A stretch of 64,000 bases of DNA from an uncultured Rickettsiales bacterium (GTDB lineage: Bacteria > Pseudomonadota > Alphaproteobacteria > Rickettsiales > RI-342): positions 55,822 to 119,821 of the forward strand of contig CAZIGK010000005.1 of the NCBI GenBank assembly GCA_964538615.1, given 5' to 3'. A model generated the notes under the pieces. The model did no database searches. It had not been told where the DNA came from and worked only from the letters and a program-made list of their open reading frames with translations. A program made the translations under genes and the position numbers. Positions 48,333-57,886 of the stretch are shown here, one piece after another (positions within the stretch are counted from its first letter, which is position 1; the number at the start of each line of letters is the position of its first letter).

Positions 48333-48668
48333 ATGGCCAAGGACACGTGCTTTATTTATACCACGGTCGGAAATGAAGAGACTGCCCGCGTATTGGCGGC
48401 GCAGTTGGTAGAGGAGCGATTGGCGGCTTGTGTGACGATCATCTCTCCTGTGCAATCCGTCTATCGTTGGCAGGGAGCCGTGGTTTCGTCTATGGAGCTG
48501 GTGTTGCTCTGTAAAACCCTCAGAGAAAGAGCGCCGACTCTGATGCATCGGCTGGAAGCCTTGCATCCCTATGAGGTTCCGGCTATCATAGAGTTGCCTG
48601 TGGCTGCCGTTAATGCCTGTTTTGCGCAATGGGTGGCGACAGAAGTCTGTGTCGAGGCAGGGAATTGA
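48333..48668 (+). CDS. cutA: Divalent-cation tolerance protein CutA
   Basis: ..AACVTIISPVQSVYRWQGAV.. and ..HPYEVPAIIELPV... Confidence 0.8.
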   Translation: MAKDTCFIYTTVGNEETARVLAAQLVEERLAACVTIISPVQSVYRWQGAVVSSMELVLLCKTLRERAPTLMHRLEALHPYEVPAIIELPVAAVNACFAQWVATEVCVEAGN

Positions 48669-48755
48669 GGGGCTGCGGATACAGGCTGTCGCATGCAGGG
48701 GCAGGGGTCAGGTTGCAAATGCTGCTTGACATTGGGGGAACAATTCGGTAGAAAG

Positions 48756-48790
48756 CCAGTCCATTTGTGCTGCAAAGCACTGGTTTTTTT
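48756..48790 (+). terminator. Probable terminator (cutA) upstream of rpmB
   Basis: Hairpin GUGCU-GCAA-AGCAC (48767-48780) followed by GGUUUUUUU. Confidence 0.5.
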
Positions 48791-48849
48791 CACGAAAAAA
48801 GCGTTATTTGCGCACTAATCATACCGATTAATCATTAGGATATAGAATC

Positions 48850-49170
48850 ATGGCACGTCGTTGCAGTATCACCGGAAAAGGCGTTCAGTCCGGCAATAAC
48901 GTTTCTCACTCCAACCGCAAGACCCGTCGGCGGTTTTTGCCAAACCTGCAAATGGTTAGCTTTACCAGTGATGCCCTGAGCCAAACGGTGCGTCTGCGTG
49001 TGTCTACCCATGCGCTGCGCAGCATTACGCACAATGGCGGGTTGGATGCATATCTGCTAAAAACATCTAACCTGAAGCTGGAAGCCGAGGCACTGCGTTT
49101 GAAGCGTCGCATTAAAAAAGCGTTGGCTGCGAAAGACGTGGCGCCTGCTGAGCAAAAAGCAGCCGCGTAA
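48850..49170 (+). CDS. rpmB: 50S ribosomal protein L28
   Basis: [34 protein letters not shown]. Confidence 0.95.
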   Translation: MARRCSITGKGVQSGNNVSHSNRKTRRRFLPNLQMVSFTSDALSQTVRLRVSTHALRSITHNGGLDAYLLKTSNLKLEAEALRLKRRIKKALAAKDVAPAEQKAAA

Positions 49171-49193
49171 CAGGTTGATGCACGAAGATGCAC

Positions 49194-49232
49194 CACCCCG
49201 CTGGCCGAAAGGCTTGCGGGGTGTTTGTTTTG
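49194..49232 (+). terminator. Rho-independent terminator after rpmB
   Basis: Stem CACCCCGC (49194-49201) pairs with GCGGGGUG (49216-49223), followed by UUUGUUUUG. Confidence 0.7.
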
Positions 49233-49276
49233 GTGCATCATGGTACTGTGTTTTGTCTTGCTGGGTATGGTGACGT

Positions 49277-50077
49277 ATGCATTCTGTGATTATTATTCCT
49301 GCACGTTATGGTTCTAAGCGGTTTCCGGGTAAGCCGCTGACGATGCTGGCGGGAAAGACCATGCTGCAACGTGTGTGTGAAACGGCTAGCCGTGCGGCGG
49401 AAGCAATAGGTCATACCCGTGTACTGGTGGCAACCGATGATAGCCGCATTGCAGACCATGCCTATGAGATTGGCTATGAAGCGGTGATGACCCCGGAGAC
49501 ATGTGAATCTGGCACGGATCGGGCATTGGCGGCGATAGACGCCTTATCCCAAAAGCCGGATGTGATTTTGAATTTGCAGGGGGATGCACCCCTGACGCCA
49601 CCGCATTTTCTGGTGGAAGTGTTGCGTGCCTTACAACAGCCGGATGTGCAAGTGGCCACGCCCGTGACGCGTTTGAGCTGGGAGGCGTTGGATCAATTAC
49701 GGTTGCACAAGCAAACAACGCCCTTCAGCGGTACCACGGCGGTGCTGGCAGGCAATGGCGATGCTTTGTGGTTTTCCAAGCAGGTGTTGCCTGCGATTCG
49801 CAGTGAAGACATATTACGGCAGCAGCCGCTTTCTCCGGTGTATCGGCATATTGGTTTATATGGTTACAAGCGCACAGCGTTGGAGCAATTTACCCGCTGG
49901 CCAGCCAGCCTGTATGAGCAGCTGGAGGGGTTGGAGCAATTGCGTTTTCTGGAAAATGGGGTGAAGATTCGTGCGGTTGTGGTAGAGTATGGGCAATACC
50001 CCGCTATGTCTGGCGTGGATACACCGGAAGATGCCGCAAGAGCGGAAGTGTTGTTGCGGGAATATGCATGGGCGTGA
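49277..50077 (+). CDS. kdsB: 3-deoxy-manno-octulosonate cytidylyltransferase (CMP-KDO synthetase)
   Basis: ..IIIPARYGSKRFPGKPL.. and ..NLQGDAPL... Confidence 0.9.
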   Translation: MHSVIIIPARYGSKRFPGKPLTMLAGKTMLQRVCETASRAAEAIGHTRVLVATDDSRIADHAYEIGYEAVMTPETCESGTDRALAAIDALSQKPDVILNLQGDAPLTPPHFLVEVLRALQQPDVQVATPVTRLSWEALDQLRLHKQTTPFSGTTAVLAGNGDALWFSKQVLPAIRSEDILRQQPLSPVYRHIGLYGYKRTALEQFTRWPASLYEQLEGLEQLRFLENGVKIRAVVVEYGQYPAMSGVDTPEDAARAEVLLREYAWA

Positions 50078-50119
50078 GTGTTCTGGCGTTGCGTTCGTTT
50101 GTGCTACAGGGAGTCTATC

Positions 50120-50740
50120 ATGCCGAGTAAACGTTTGCTCATTGCCCGTCACGGCAACACGTTTGATGCAGGTCAGACTCCGTTACGTGTTGGCAAGCGC
50201 ACCGATTTGCCTCTTTCAACCAGCGGGCAACAGCAGGCGGAAAAACTGGGTGCCTATTTACGTCAACAGGGGATTCTGGTGGATGAGGTCTATACCAGTA
50301 GCCTGAAGCGCACCCAGCAAACCGCCGAAATTGCGCTGCGTGCCGCAGGTCAGCAGCCGCCTATGCTGGCGCGTAGCCTGTTTGACGAGATTGACTATGG
50401 GCCGGATGAAGGCAAGCCGGAAGCCGACGTGATTGCCCGGATTGGCGAGCAGGCTCTGGCCGATTGGGACAGTCAAGCGACGGTACCTGATGGATGGGAC
50501 GTGGACCCGGAAGTTCTGGTACATGGCTGGATGGAGTTTGTGCGGGATATTTTATGTGGTTCCGCGCAGACCATTCTGGTGGTAACCAGCAATGGTACGG
50601 CACGATTTGCGCCACATATTACAGGGGATTTTGAGGCGTTTCGCCAGAAGTATACGCTGAAACTGGGCACGGGGGCACTGGCGGATTTTCGATGGCAGAA
50701 CCATCACTGGCAAGTGGACGGTTGGAATATTCGTCCGTAG
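50120..50740 (+). CDS. Histidine phosphatase family protein (phosphoglycerate mutase-like)
   Basis: N-terminal ..LLIARHGNT.. (RHG motif). Start trimmed to the ATG at 50120. Confidence 0.7.
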   Translation: MPSKRLLIARHGNTFDAGQTPLRVGKRTDLPLSTSGQQQAEKLGAYLRQQGILVDEVYTSSLKRTQQTAEIALRAAGQQPPMLARSLFDEIDYGPDEGKPEADVIARIGEQALADWDSQATVPDGWDVDPEVLVHGWMEFVRDILCGSAQTILVVTSNGTARFAPHITGDFEAFRQKYTLKLGTGALADFRWQNHHWQVDGWNIRP

Positions 50741-50808
50741 GGGGATTGCATACGCCTGCACAGGTATGACGCTAGCCAACAGGTCTTACCCCGGAGGTGG
50801 ATACAGCG

Positions 50809-52194
50809 TTACCGGCGGTTTTTTTTCTTGCCGCCTTGCGGTGCGGAGGTTTTTTTAACGTAGGGGTTCTCGTTTTTGCGTAGCATCAGGCGCACGGGTA
50901 CACCGGGCATATCGAACTGCTCGCGCAGGCCGTTTAGCAAGTAGCGGCGGTAACTATCCGGTAATTGATCCGGCTTGCTGACGAACAGCACAAAGCTAGG
51001 CGGGCGCGTATTGACCTGGGTCATGTAGCGAATGCGCAGGCGGTTGTTGCCAGCCATGGGCGGCGGATGCATGATGAGCATATCCTGCAGAAACTCATTC
51101 AATTTGGCAGTAGGAACGCGGCGGTTCCAGACATCAAAGGCGCGAATGGCGGCTTTCAGGACATCGTCCACTTTTTGTTTTTTCAGAGCGGATAGTGTGA
51201 CAACCGGAACGCCTTTGATTTGGGGTAGTGCCTCGTCAATGGCGTCTTCCAGCCCTTTGAGGTAGGTTTTGGTATCGGTCACGGTATCCCATTTATTGAT
51301 AGCGATGACGATAGCGCGGCCTTCATCCACCACATGTTGCAGGATGGTCATATCCTGTTTGCTGAAGGGTTCGCTGGCGTCCATCATCATCACCGCGACA
51401 TGGGCAAAACGCAGGGCACGAAAGGCATCGTGCACGGCCAGTTTTTCCAGATCTTCCCGCACATGGGTGCGGCGGCGAACCCCGGCGGTATCAATGAGGG
51501 TGAGGTGACGGTCCTGATAATGGTAGGGGACGGCAATGGCGTCCCGCGTGATGCCGGCTTCCGGCCCGGTGAGGACGCGGTTACTGCCGAGAAGGGCATT
51601 CATGAGGGTAGATTTACCCGCATTTGGGCGACCGATAATGGCGATTTGCAGTTGTTTGGCTTCTTCCGCAAATTGGGGGGCGCCTTCTTCCTGCACCTGG
51701 CTTTCGTAAGGCAACAGTGAATCGAACAAATCAGCCAGCCCATGGCCGTGCGCGGCTGACAGCGCCAGCGGTTGCCCCAGCCCCAGTGACCAGGCTTCCG
51801 CGATGAGCATTTCCACATTGAAACCATCGCATTTATTCATGGCGAGCACGACCGGGCGATCCGAGCGGCGTAATTCTTCAGCGATAATCTGGTCGTAGGG
51901 GGTGACGCCATCTTTGGCATCCAGCAGGAAGAGGATGACATCGGCGGCCATAATGGCATCTTCCGTTTGCTGGCGCATCCGGTTTTCCAGCCCGTCTTCG
52001 GTATCGGATTCTTCCATGCCTGCGGTATCAATGAGGCGGAAGGACATGGAGGCGATATGACCTTCACCTTCCCGCCAGTCGCGGGTGACGCCTGGGCGGT
52101 CATCCACTAAGGCATGTTGGGTGCCGGTGAGCCGGTTGAACAGAGTGGATTTTCCGACATTCGGGCGGCCCACGATGGCGAGGGTAAAGGGCAT
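50809..52194 (-). CDS. der: Ribosome-associated GTPase Der/EngA (tandem GTPase domains)
   Basis: Two G1 motifs, GRPNVGKSTLFN and GRPNAGKSTLMN, plus a C-terminal KH-like domain and a basic tail. Confidence 0.95.
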   Translation of the reverse strand: MPFTLAIVGRPNVGKSTLFNRLTGTQHALVDDRPGVTRDWREGEGHIASMSFRLIDTAGMEESDTEDGLENRMRQQTEDAIMAADVILFLLDAKDGVTPYDQIIAEELRRSDRPVVLAMNKCDGFNVEMLIAEAWSLGLGQPLALSAAHGHGLADLFDSLLPYESQVQEEGAPQFAEEAKQLQIAIIGRPNAGKSTLMNALLGSNRVLTGPEAGITRDAIAVPYHYQDRHLTLIDTAGVRRRTHVREDLEKLAVHDAFRALRFAHVAVMMMDASEPFSKQDMTILQHVVDEGRAIVIAINKWDTVTDTKTYLKGLEDAIDEALPQIKGVPVVTLSALKKQKVDDVLKAAIRAFDVWNRRVPTAKLNEFLQDMLIMHPPPMAGNNRLRIRYMTQVNTRPPSFVLFVSKPDQLPDSYRRYLLNGLREQFDMPGVPVRLMLRKNENPYVKKTSAPQGGKKKNRR

Positions 52195-52213
52195 GGCTGG
52201 GGTATCCCGTTGG

Positions 52214-53608
52214 TTATTTCAGTTGCACCAGTTTGGCATCCTGCGTGATGAACCACAGGGCGTCTTGGGTAATGGCGGGCATGTCTGCAATGCCAGAGGG
52301 GAGCATATCTTCTATCTGAACCGTTTTGCCATTCAGGGCATTGAGTCGCACGATATCTCCGGCGTTGCTGAACAGCCAGACTTCGCTGTTGATGACGGCA
52401 GGCCCAATCCAGCGGGTAGTATCTTCCAGTGTATCATCCAGAGTAGGGAGATGCTGTACCCAGACAACCCGTCCATCTTCCCGTTGGATGGCAGCAATGC
52501 GAAGATCCTGCATCAGGACAAACAGGGCATTGCCGGCCATCCACATGCCCAGCACGCCGGGGCTTTCCACATGCCAGACGGGAAGACCGGAACGAAAATC
52601 CAGTGCCGTAATTGCGCCGGCATGGTTGGCAATGTAGATGCGACCATCTGCCAGAAAGGGTTGCCCGACAAAATGGTTGAGAGTAGCGCCGGCATCTGTG
52701 CGGCGATTGCTTTCCACCTGCGCACGCCAGACTTCTCGTCCGTCATTCATGCGGAGCAGATAGACCTCGCCGGAGGCGAAGGGGGCAACGACACCTTTAC
52801 CGGCGACGGCGGCGGATGGAGTGTGCAGCCCGCCTGCGCTATCGGTAATGGCGCGGTGTTCCCATAACAGGCGGCCATCATCCTGCGCGTAGGCTTGCAG
52901 ACGGTTATCGGCGGTGAGGAGGTAGAGGTTGCCATCTGCCAGTTTGGGGGCGGAACGAATGGGCAGGTACAGATGACGTTTCCAGCGGGTGCTGCCATCC
53001 GTTGCGGAAAGCGCAGCCAGCATGCCGCTACCGCTGGCGGCAAAAAGGGTATCCCCTGCGAGAGCAAGGCCGCCACCGGGGAGCGGTTCTTCTGGTTCTT
53101 GTTTGCTGAGCAGAACCATCCATTTATCATCCAGTGTGGTGCGGTCGTGAGCACTGACATATCCCATGGCATCCATGGCATAGACCATTTTTTCACCGAC
53201 CACGGGCTGGCTGGCTGTCATGTAGTTCCAGCCTTCAGCATCCCCTGCGCTGGTGCTCTCGGTATCTCCGATCAATGGGGATGGCCCAGCTAAATTACCC
53301 ATACTGTTCATGGTGTTACCGCCAATTTGTAGCCATAGGTTCTGGGATTCGGTATCCGGCAGGGAAATGGCATCTTCGGGTAAGGCGGTATCGGCGCTTA
53401 AGGGTTCGCTTTCGTTGAAAACGGCAATACGGTCACGTTTGGCGGGAAGCGGGATGTCTTCCTCTGAAAAATAGCGGATTCCCGGCATATCTTGCAATTC
53501 ACTACAGCCCGTCATGCAAAGCAGCAGGGCGCATAGCCAGAGGCTCAACCGACGTGGGGTTGTCTGGTGATGTAGGAAAGGTGACGGGAAACCGATGTGT
53601 TGTGACAT
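52214..53608 (-). CDS. bamB: PQQ-like beta-propeller lipoprotein, BamB-like outer membrane assembly factor
   Basis: Lipobox LLLCMTGC, repeated propeller blades, and conserved yfgM-bamB-der synteny. Confidence 0.7.
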   Translation of the reverse strand: MSQHIGFPSPFLHHQTTPRRLSLWLCALLLCMTGCSELQDMPGIRYFSEEDIPLPAKRDRIAVFNESEPLSADTALPEDAISLPDTESQNLWLQIGGNTMNSMGNLAGPSPLIGDTESTSAGDAEGWNYMTASQPVVGEKMVYAMDAMGYVSAHDRTTLDDKWMVLLSKQEPEEPLPGGGLALAGDTLFAASGSGMLAALSATDGSTRWKRHLYLPIRSAPKLADGNLYLLTADNRLQAYAQDDGRLLWEHRAITDSAGGLHTPSAAVAGKGVVAPFASGEVYLLRMNDGREVWRAQVESNRRTDAGATLNHFVGQPFLADGRIYIANHAGAITALDFRSGLPVWHVESPGVLGMWMAGNALFVLMQDLRIAAIQREDGRVVWVQHLPTLDDTLEDTTRWIGPAVINSEVWLFSNAGDIVRLNALNGKTVQIEDMLPSGIADMPAITQDALWFITQDAKLVQLK

Positions 53609-53622
53609 GATGATGCGAGGGG

Positions 53623-54303
53623 TCAGGGGGTGGTGGGGGCGGGAGATGCAGCTTTGGGGGCAGAAGAAGTCTGAGCGACAGGGCTATGTCCCAGTGCAGA
53701 GAGCATCTGGCGTGCCTGATCCCGCATGGCTTGCGGTGCGGCGGCATCTTCAGACAGTTGTTGTAACTGGGTGAGTGCCTGATCGGGTTGGTTCTGCTGA
53801 AGTTGCAGTCCGGCGTGCATCCAGATGGCTAAGGCCGCGAATGGGCGACCCGGAGCCGATGCTTCCGTGAGCAGCGTGGCGGCATCTTCCGCGCCTAGCA
53901 GTGCGATGCGTAGGCGTGCGAGATCCGCCAGTGCGGTATCTTCCTGCTTTAGCAATGGACGCAGAGCCGTCATGGCCTCTTTAGGATCGGTGGGAGCGAG
54001 CATTTTGGCTTCTTGCAGGCGGGCAAGCGTGGCAAACCCTTCATGGGAGCCTGCCTGCAAAGCAGCAAGCGCGTTTTTGGCCTCCGGTGCTTGTTGATTC
54101 TGTTGCGCCGAAAGAGCTGCAAACCATTGCTGTGCGGCTTGTTCTGCCTGGTGATTTTGCCATGCGTGCCAGCTTTGGCGGAGAATGACCCCCAGCACCA
54201 GCGCGCCGGCCAGTCCCAGCACAAAGGGGGCATAGGTACGAATGGCTCGTTGTACTTTTTCCTGTTTCAGGTCTTCTTCAATCTCGCGCAGCAGGTCGCT
54301 CAT
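53623..54303 (-). CDS. Membrane-anchored TPR-like protein (YfgM-like)
   Basis: N-terminal ..LREIEEDLKQEKV.. followed by a single TM segment, then an Ala/Leu/Gln-rich helical domain. It sits upstream of bamB-der. Start trimmed to the ATG (complement of 54301-54303). Confidence 0.6.
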   Translation of the reverse strand: MSDLLREIEEDLKQEKVQRAIRTYAPFVLGLAGALVLGVILRQSWHAWQNHQAEQAAQQWFAALSAQQNQQAPEAKNALAALQAGSHEGFATLARLQEAKMLAPTDPKEAMTALRPLLKQEDTALADLARLRIALLGAEDAATLLTEASAPGRPFAALAIWMHAGLQLQQNQPDQALTQLQQLSEDAAAPQAMRDQARQMLSALGHSPVAQTSSAPKAASPAPTTP

Positions 54304-54374
54304 GGGGTGGTTCCGTCTGTTAGGAAAAATGGGGTGGTGTATCAGGGAGGTGATGGCTTTTGAAGGTGTTTTGG

Positions 54375-55934
54375 TTATTCCCATTCAATGGTGCCGGGGG
54401 GTTTGCTGGTGATGTCGTAGGTGACGCGGTTGATACCGCGCACTTCGTTGATGAGGCGGTTAGCTACGCGGCCAAGGAATTCATGATCGAAATGGTAATA
54501 GTCTGCGGTCATGCCGTCTGTGGAGGTGACAGCACGCAGGGCGCAGACATATTCGTAGGTGCGGGCGTCTCCCATGACGCCGACCGTTTTGACTGGCAGC
54601 AAGACCACAAAGGCTTGCCAGATGGCATCGTAGAGATTGGCGGCGCGTATTTCTTCGATGAAAATTGCATCGGCCTTTTGCAAAATGGCGACTTTCTCCG
54701 GGGTAACCTCTCCGGGGATGCGGATGGCCAGACCGGGGCCGGGAAAAGGATGGCGCTGCACCATGCGGTGGCTCATCCCCAATGCGATACCGAGGGCGCG
54801 TACTTCATCCTTGAACAATTCCCGCACGGGTTCCAGCAGTTTTAAGCGCATCCGCTCTGGCAGGCCACCGACATTATGGTGGGATTTAATGGTTTGGCTG
54901 GGGCCGCCATGCACCGAAACAGATTCGATTACATCCGGATACAGGGTGCCTTGGGCGAGGAAGTCAATCTGCCCTACATCTGCGGCCAGCGTTGCACATT
55001 CGGCGTCAAAGACTTCTATGAACGTTTGCCCAATGATTTTGCGTTTTTGTTCGGGATCTGTGATGCCGGAGAGCCGCGAGAAAAACGTGGCGCTGGCATC
55101 CACGTGGCGGATGGGAATGTGAAAATCTTCGCGGAACATGGTGAGAACCTGATCGGCTTCGACCTGACGCAGCAACCCTGTATCCACGAACACACAATGC
55201 AGTTGCTTGCCAATGGCCCGGTGAATGAGTGCGGCGACCACAGAGGAGTCCACCCCGCCACTGACGGCGCAAAGGACGTGTTTTTCCCCCACTTGTGCAC
55301 GGATGCGGGCGATGGATTCTTCCATGAAGGCGTTCATATTCCAGTCACCGGAACAGCCACAGATACGGTGCGTGAAATTGCGCAACAATGCGCTGCCGTG
55401 AGGGGTGTGCATGACTTCCGGGTGGAATTGCACGGCATAAAAATGGCGTGATGTATCCGCAATGGCGGCGAAGGGAGCGGAATCGGTACGGGCAATGACC
55501 TGAAAGCCATCGGGGATACGGGTCACGCTATCGCCATGGCTCATCCACACCTGTTCACGGGTGCCCACTTGCCATACGCCCTCTGTTAGGGCAGAGGGTT
55601 GAACGACATCTACAAAGGTGCGGCCAAACTCCCGGTGGTCGGAGGAGGCCACAGCACCGCCCAACGCATCGCACATCAGTTGCATGCCGTAGCAAATGCC
55701 AAGGATGGGATAGCCCATGGCAAAAACATTCGCCGTCAGGCGGGGCGCGTCTCCCTCCGTGACGGAAGCGGGGCCGCCGGAGAGAATAATGCCTTTGGGA
55801 TTGTAGGTGCGGATGAAGTCTTCCGTCACATGGCAGGGGTGTATTTCTGCATAGACACCATGCTCCCGCACGCGGCGGGCAATGAGCTGGGTGACCTGAG
55901 AACCAAAATCCAGAATAAGCAGGCGATCATGCAT
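54375..55934 (-). CDS. guaA: GMP synthase (glutamine-hydrolysing)
   Basis: GATase ..LGICYGMQL.., PP-loop ..[10 protein letters not shown].., and C-terminal ..KPPGTIEWE. Confidence 0.95.
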   Translation of the reverse strand: MHDRLLILDFGSQVTQLIARRVREHGVYAEIHPCHVTEDFIRTYNPKGIILSGGPASVTEGDAPRLTANVFAMGYPILGICYGMQLMCDALGGAVASSDHREFGRTFVDVVQPSALTEGVWQVGTREQVWMSHGDSVTRIPDGFQVIARTDSAPFAAIADTSRHFYAVQFHPEVMHTPHGSALLRNFTHRICGCSGDWNMNAFMEESIARIRAQVGEKHVLCAVSGGVDSSVVAALIHRAIGKQLHCVFVDTGLLRQVEADQVLTMFREDFHIPIRHVDASATFFSRLSGITDPEQKRKIIGQTFIEVFDAECATLAADVGQIDFLAQGTLYPDVIESVSVHGGPSQTIKSHHNVGGLPERMRLKLLEPVRELFKDEVRALGIALGMSHRMVQRHPFPGPGLAIRIPGEVTPEKVAILQKADAIFIEEIRAANLYDAIWQAFVVLLPVKTVGVMGDARTYEYVCALRAVTSTDGMTADYYHFDHEFLGRVANRLINEVRGINRVTYDITSKPPGTIEWE

Positions 55935-56212
55935 GGGGAAGTATGCTCCGCAATAATATCATGGCGCATGAAACGCATTCCCTGTGCCAATGTCAAGCTC
56001 TGGAGCCGTGTAAACGACACAAGCGCCCCTGTTCTTTGTTGGGGAGCTACTATATCTAGTGTGGTACCTGCGGTGCCCTTGAGCGGGATATGCGATGTTA
56101 TTACCATATATTGAGGTCGACCCTGCGATAAAACACAAAAAATGGGTTGCAGTTCATAGGTAACTCGTCTACGGTGAACTAAATACAGTATGTGTAAGGT
56201 GTAAATGAAACC

Positions 56213-57886
56213 ATGCGGCTGTTAGGCTTAATTGTTGCCCTTGTGATAGGGTTTGGCTCGTATCTCTTCCTCCAAAAGCTTATGCATAAGGAGGAGGCGC
56301 CTCAGGCCGTGCCCATTGTGGAAACGAAATATGTTGAAAAAAAGGTGGTCACCAAAAACATCATTGCGGCCTCTATGGAGATTCCTGTGGGTACGCGTTT
56401 GGAGGCGAAGCACCTGAAGGTTCAGCCGTGGCCTGAAGAGCTGGTGCTGCCACATTTTGTGCTGGCTGATCGTCCGGTGGATGCACCCAAAGATGAGCAA
56501 AAAGTCTCTTATGGGATGGAGTCTCTGGTTGGTCTGGTGACGCGGTCAAATTTTCAGGTGAATGAACCAATGATTCGCAGCAAGCTGGGCAATCCTGATG
56601 ACCCTAGTTTCCTGGCGGCGTCTTTGGAGTCTGGGATGCGTGCGGTAACGATTCGTACCAGCGGGTTAAATGGTGTGTCTGGCTTTGTGTACCCTGGTGA
56701 TAAAGTGGATTTGCTACTGAATTTTAAGTTGGATTTAGATGGTGCTGCTGCGGGATTTGCGCCTCAGGCTGAGGGTCGCAAGGCCAGTGTTGAGGTGGTA
56801 GAGACTATTCTGAGCAATGTTAAGGTGATTGCGGTTGATCAGAAGGCGATGTCTCACACTGGTGAGCCGCCACGAGCTGCGTCTGCCTTTACGCTGGCTC
56901 TAAACCAGTTTGATGCGCAGAAGGTGAAGTTGGCAGAAAAAATGGGAACGGTGATTGCGGTGTTGCGTTCTATTGAGGATGGTGAGGATACATCTATTCC
57001 GCGTCCAACACTAGAGGCGGATTTGACCCGCCTGACGCCACCGGCTTATATTCCTGTCATGTATGACCAGAATAGTGATTATGTGATACCCACCGTTGAT
57101 TTGTTTGGTGCGGTGGATGGTCTGGCCGAGAATGACCCGGCATTGAAGGTGCGCCGATTGATGGAGGGTTTGTCTTCCGAAGAGCGTGCCCAGCTTTCTA
57201 ATGTGTTTGCGCAGCAAGGGGTTGCGGGTGCCATTGGGTATTTGAAGTCCCTAAAAGGGAATGCGGCAGGGCAGGAGATTGCCGGATTGCTGGCGGGCAT
57301 GGATGCTAATACTCAGGGGCGCATTATGAATGCGTTGGCCGGTGGTGAAGCGGCAACCATTGTGAAGGCGCTGGCAGGTATTGGAAACGACGAGGCTGCA
57401 CGTGAGTTGCGCAGGCTGTTCCGTCAGTTGCCTGCAGAGATTCAGTCCGATATTGTGCGTACACTTGCGCAAAAAGGGCCGAAAGGTATGGAAGAGGTGG
57501 CTACGCGCTATGCTGACAATGCAACGGTGCAGGAGATTGCCAAGCTGTTTAATGGCCTGTCGCCTGCTCGTCAGGAAGAAGTTGCCCGTGCCTTGGCGGA
57601 AGGGTTAAGTGAACAACTGGTTGCGGCGCTGAATGAGGTGATGAACCAGAATGTCTCTGAATCCTTACGGCAAAATATGGGGCAGTTTGGTGGTGACGTC
57701 AGTTCTCAAATTGCGGAGCGTCTGGGCGGCAATAAGGCGCAGGAAAATACAGCAGGTAAGCCGAGCTTGTCGGATATGGTGAATGAGATGGATTTGACCG
57801 GATCTGGCAGTGATGAAGACAAAGGAATCTCTGTGCGAGTCATTCGCGGAGTTAACGAAGAAACCGTAGAGGTGAGTTACCCATGA
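56213..57886 (+). CDS. cpaB: Flp/Tad pilus assembly protein CpaB/RcpC homolog with a large internal helical-repeat insertion (557 aa)
   Basis: N-terminal TM, SAF-like region (..IIAASMEIPVGTRL..) and RcpC-type region (..GMRAVTIRTS...GFVYPGDKVDLLL..VIAVDQ..). The terminal ..VRVIRG.. strand is typical of the family. It is the first gene of the cpaC-D-E-F-tadBC cluster. Confidence 0.75.
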   Translation: MRLLGLIVALVIGFGSYLFLQKLMHKEEAPQAVPIVETKYVEKKVVTKNIIAASMEIPVGTRLEAKHLKVQPWPEELVLPHFVLADRPVDAPKDEQKVSYGMESLVGLVTRSNFQVNEPMIRSKLGNPDDPSFLAASLESGMRAVTIRTSGLNGVSGFVYPGDKVDLLLNFKLDLDGAAAGFAPQAEGRKASVEVVETILSNVKVIAVDQKAMSHTGEPPRAASAFTLALNQFDAQKVKLAEKMGTVIAVLRSIEDGEDTSIPRPTLEADLTRLTPPAYIPVMYDQNSDYVIPTVDLFGAVDGLAENDPALKVRRLMEGLSSEERAQLSNVFAQQGVAGAIGYLKSLKGNAAGQEIAGLLAGMDANTQGRIMNALAGGEAATIVKALAGIGNDEAARELRRLFRQLPAEIQSDIVRTLAQKGPKGMEEVATRYADNATVQEIAKLFNGLSPARQEEVARALAEGLSEQLVAALNEVMNQNVSESLRQNMGQFGGDVSSQIAERLGGNKAQENTAGKPSLSDMVNEMDLTGSGSDEDKGISVRVIRGVNEETVEVSYP

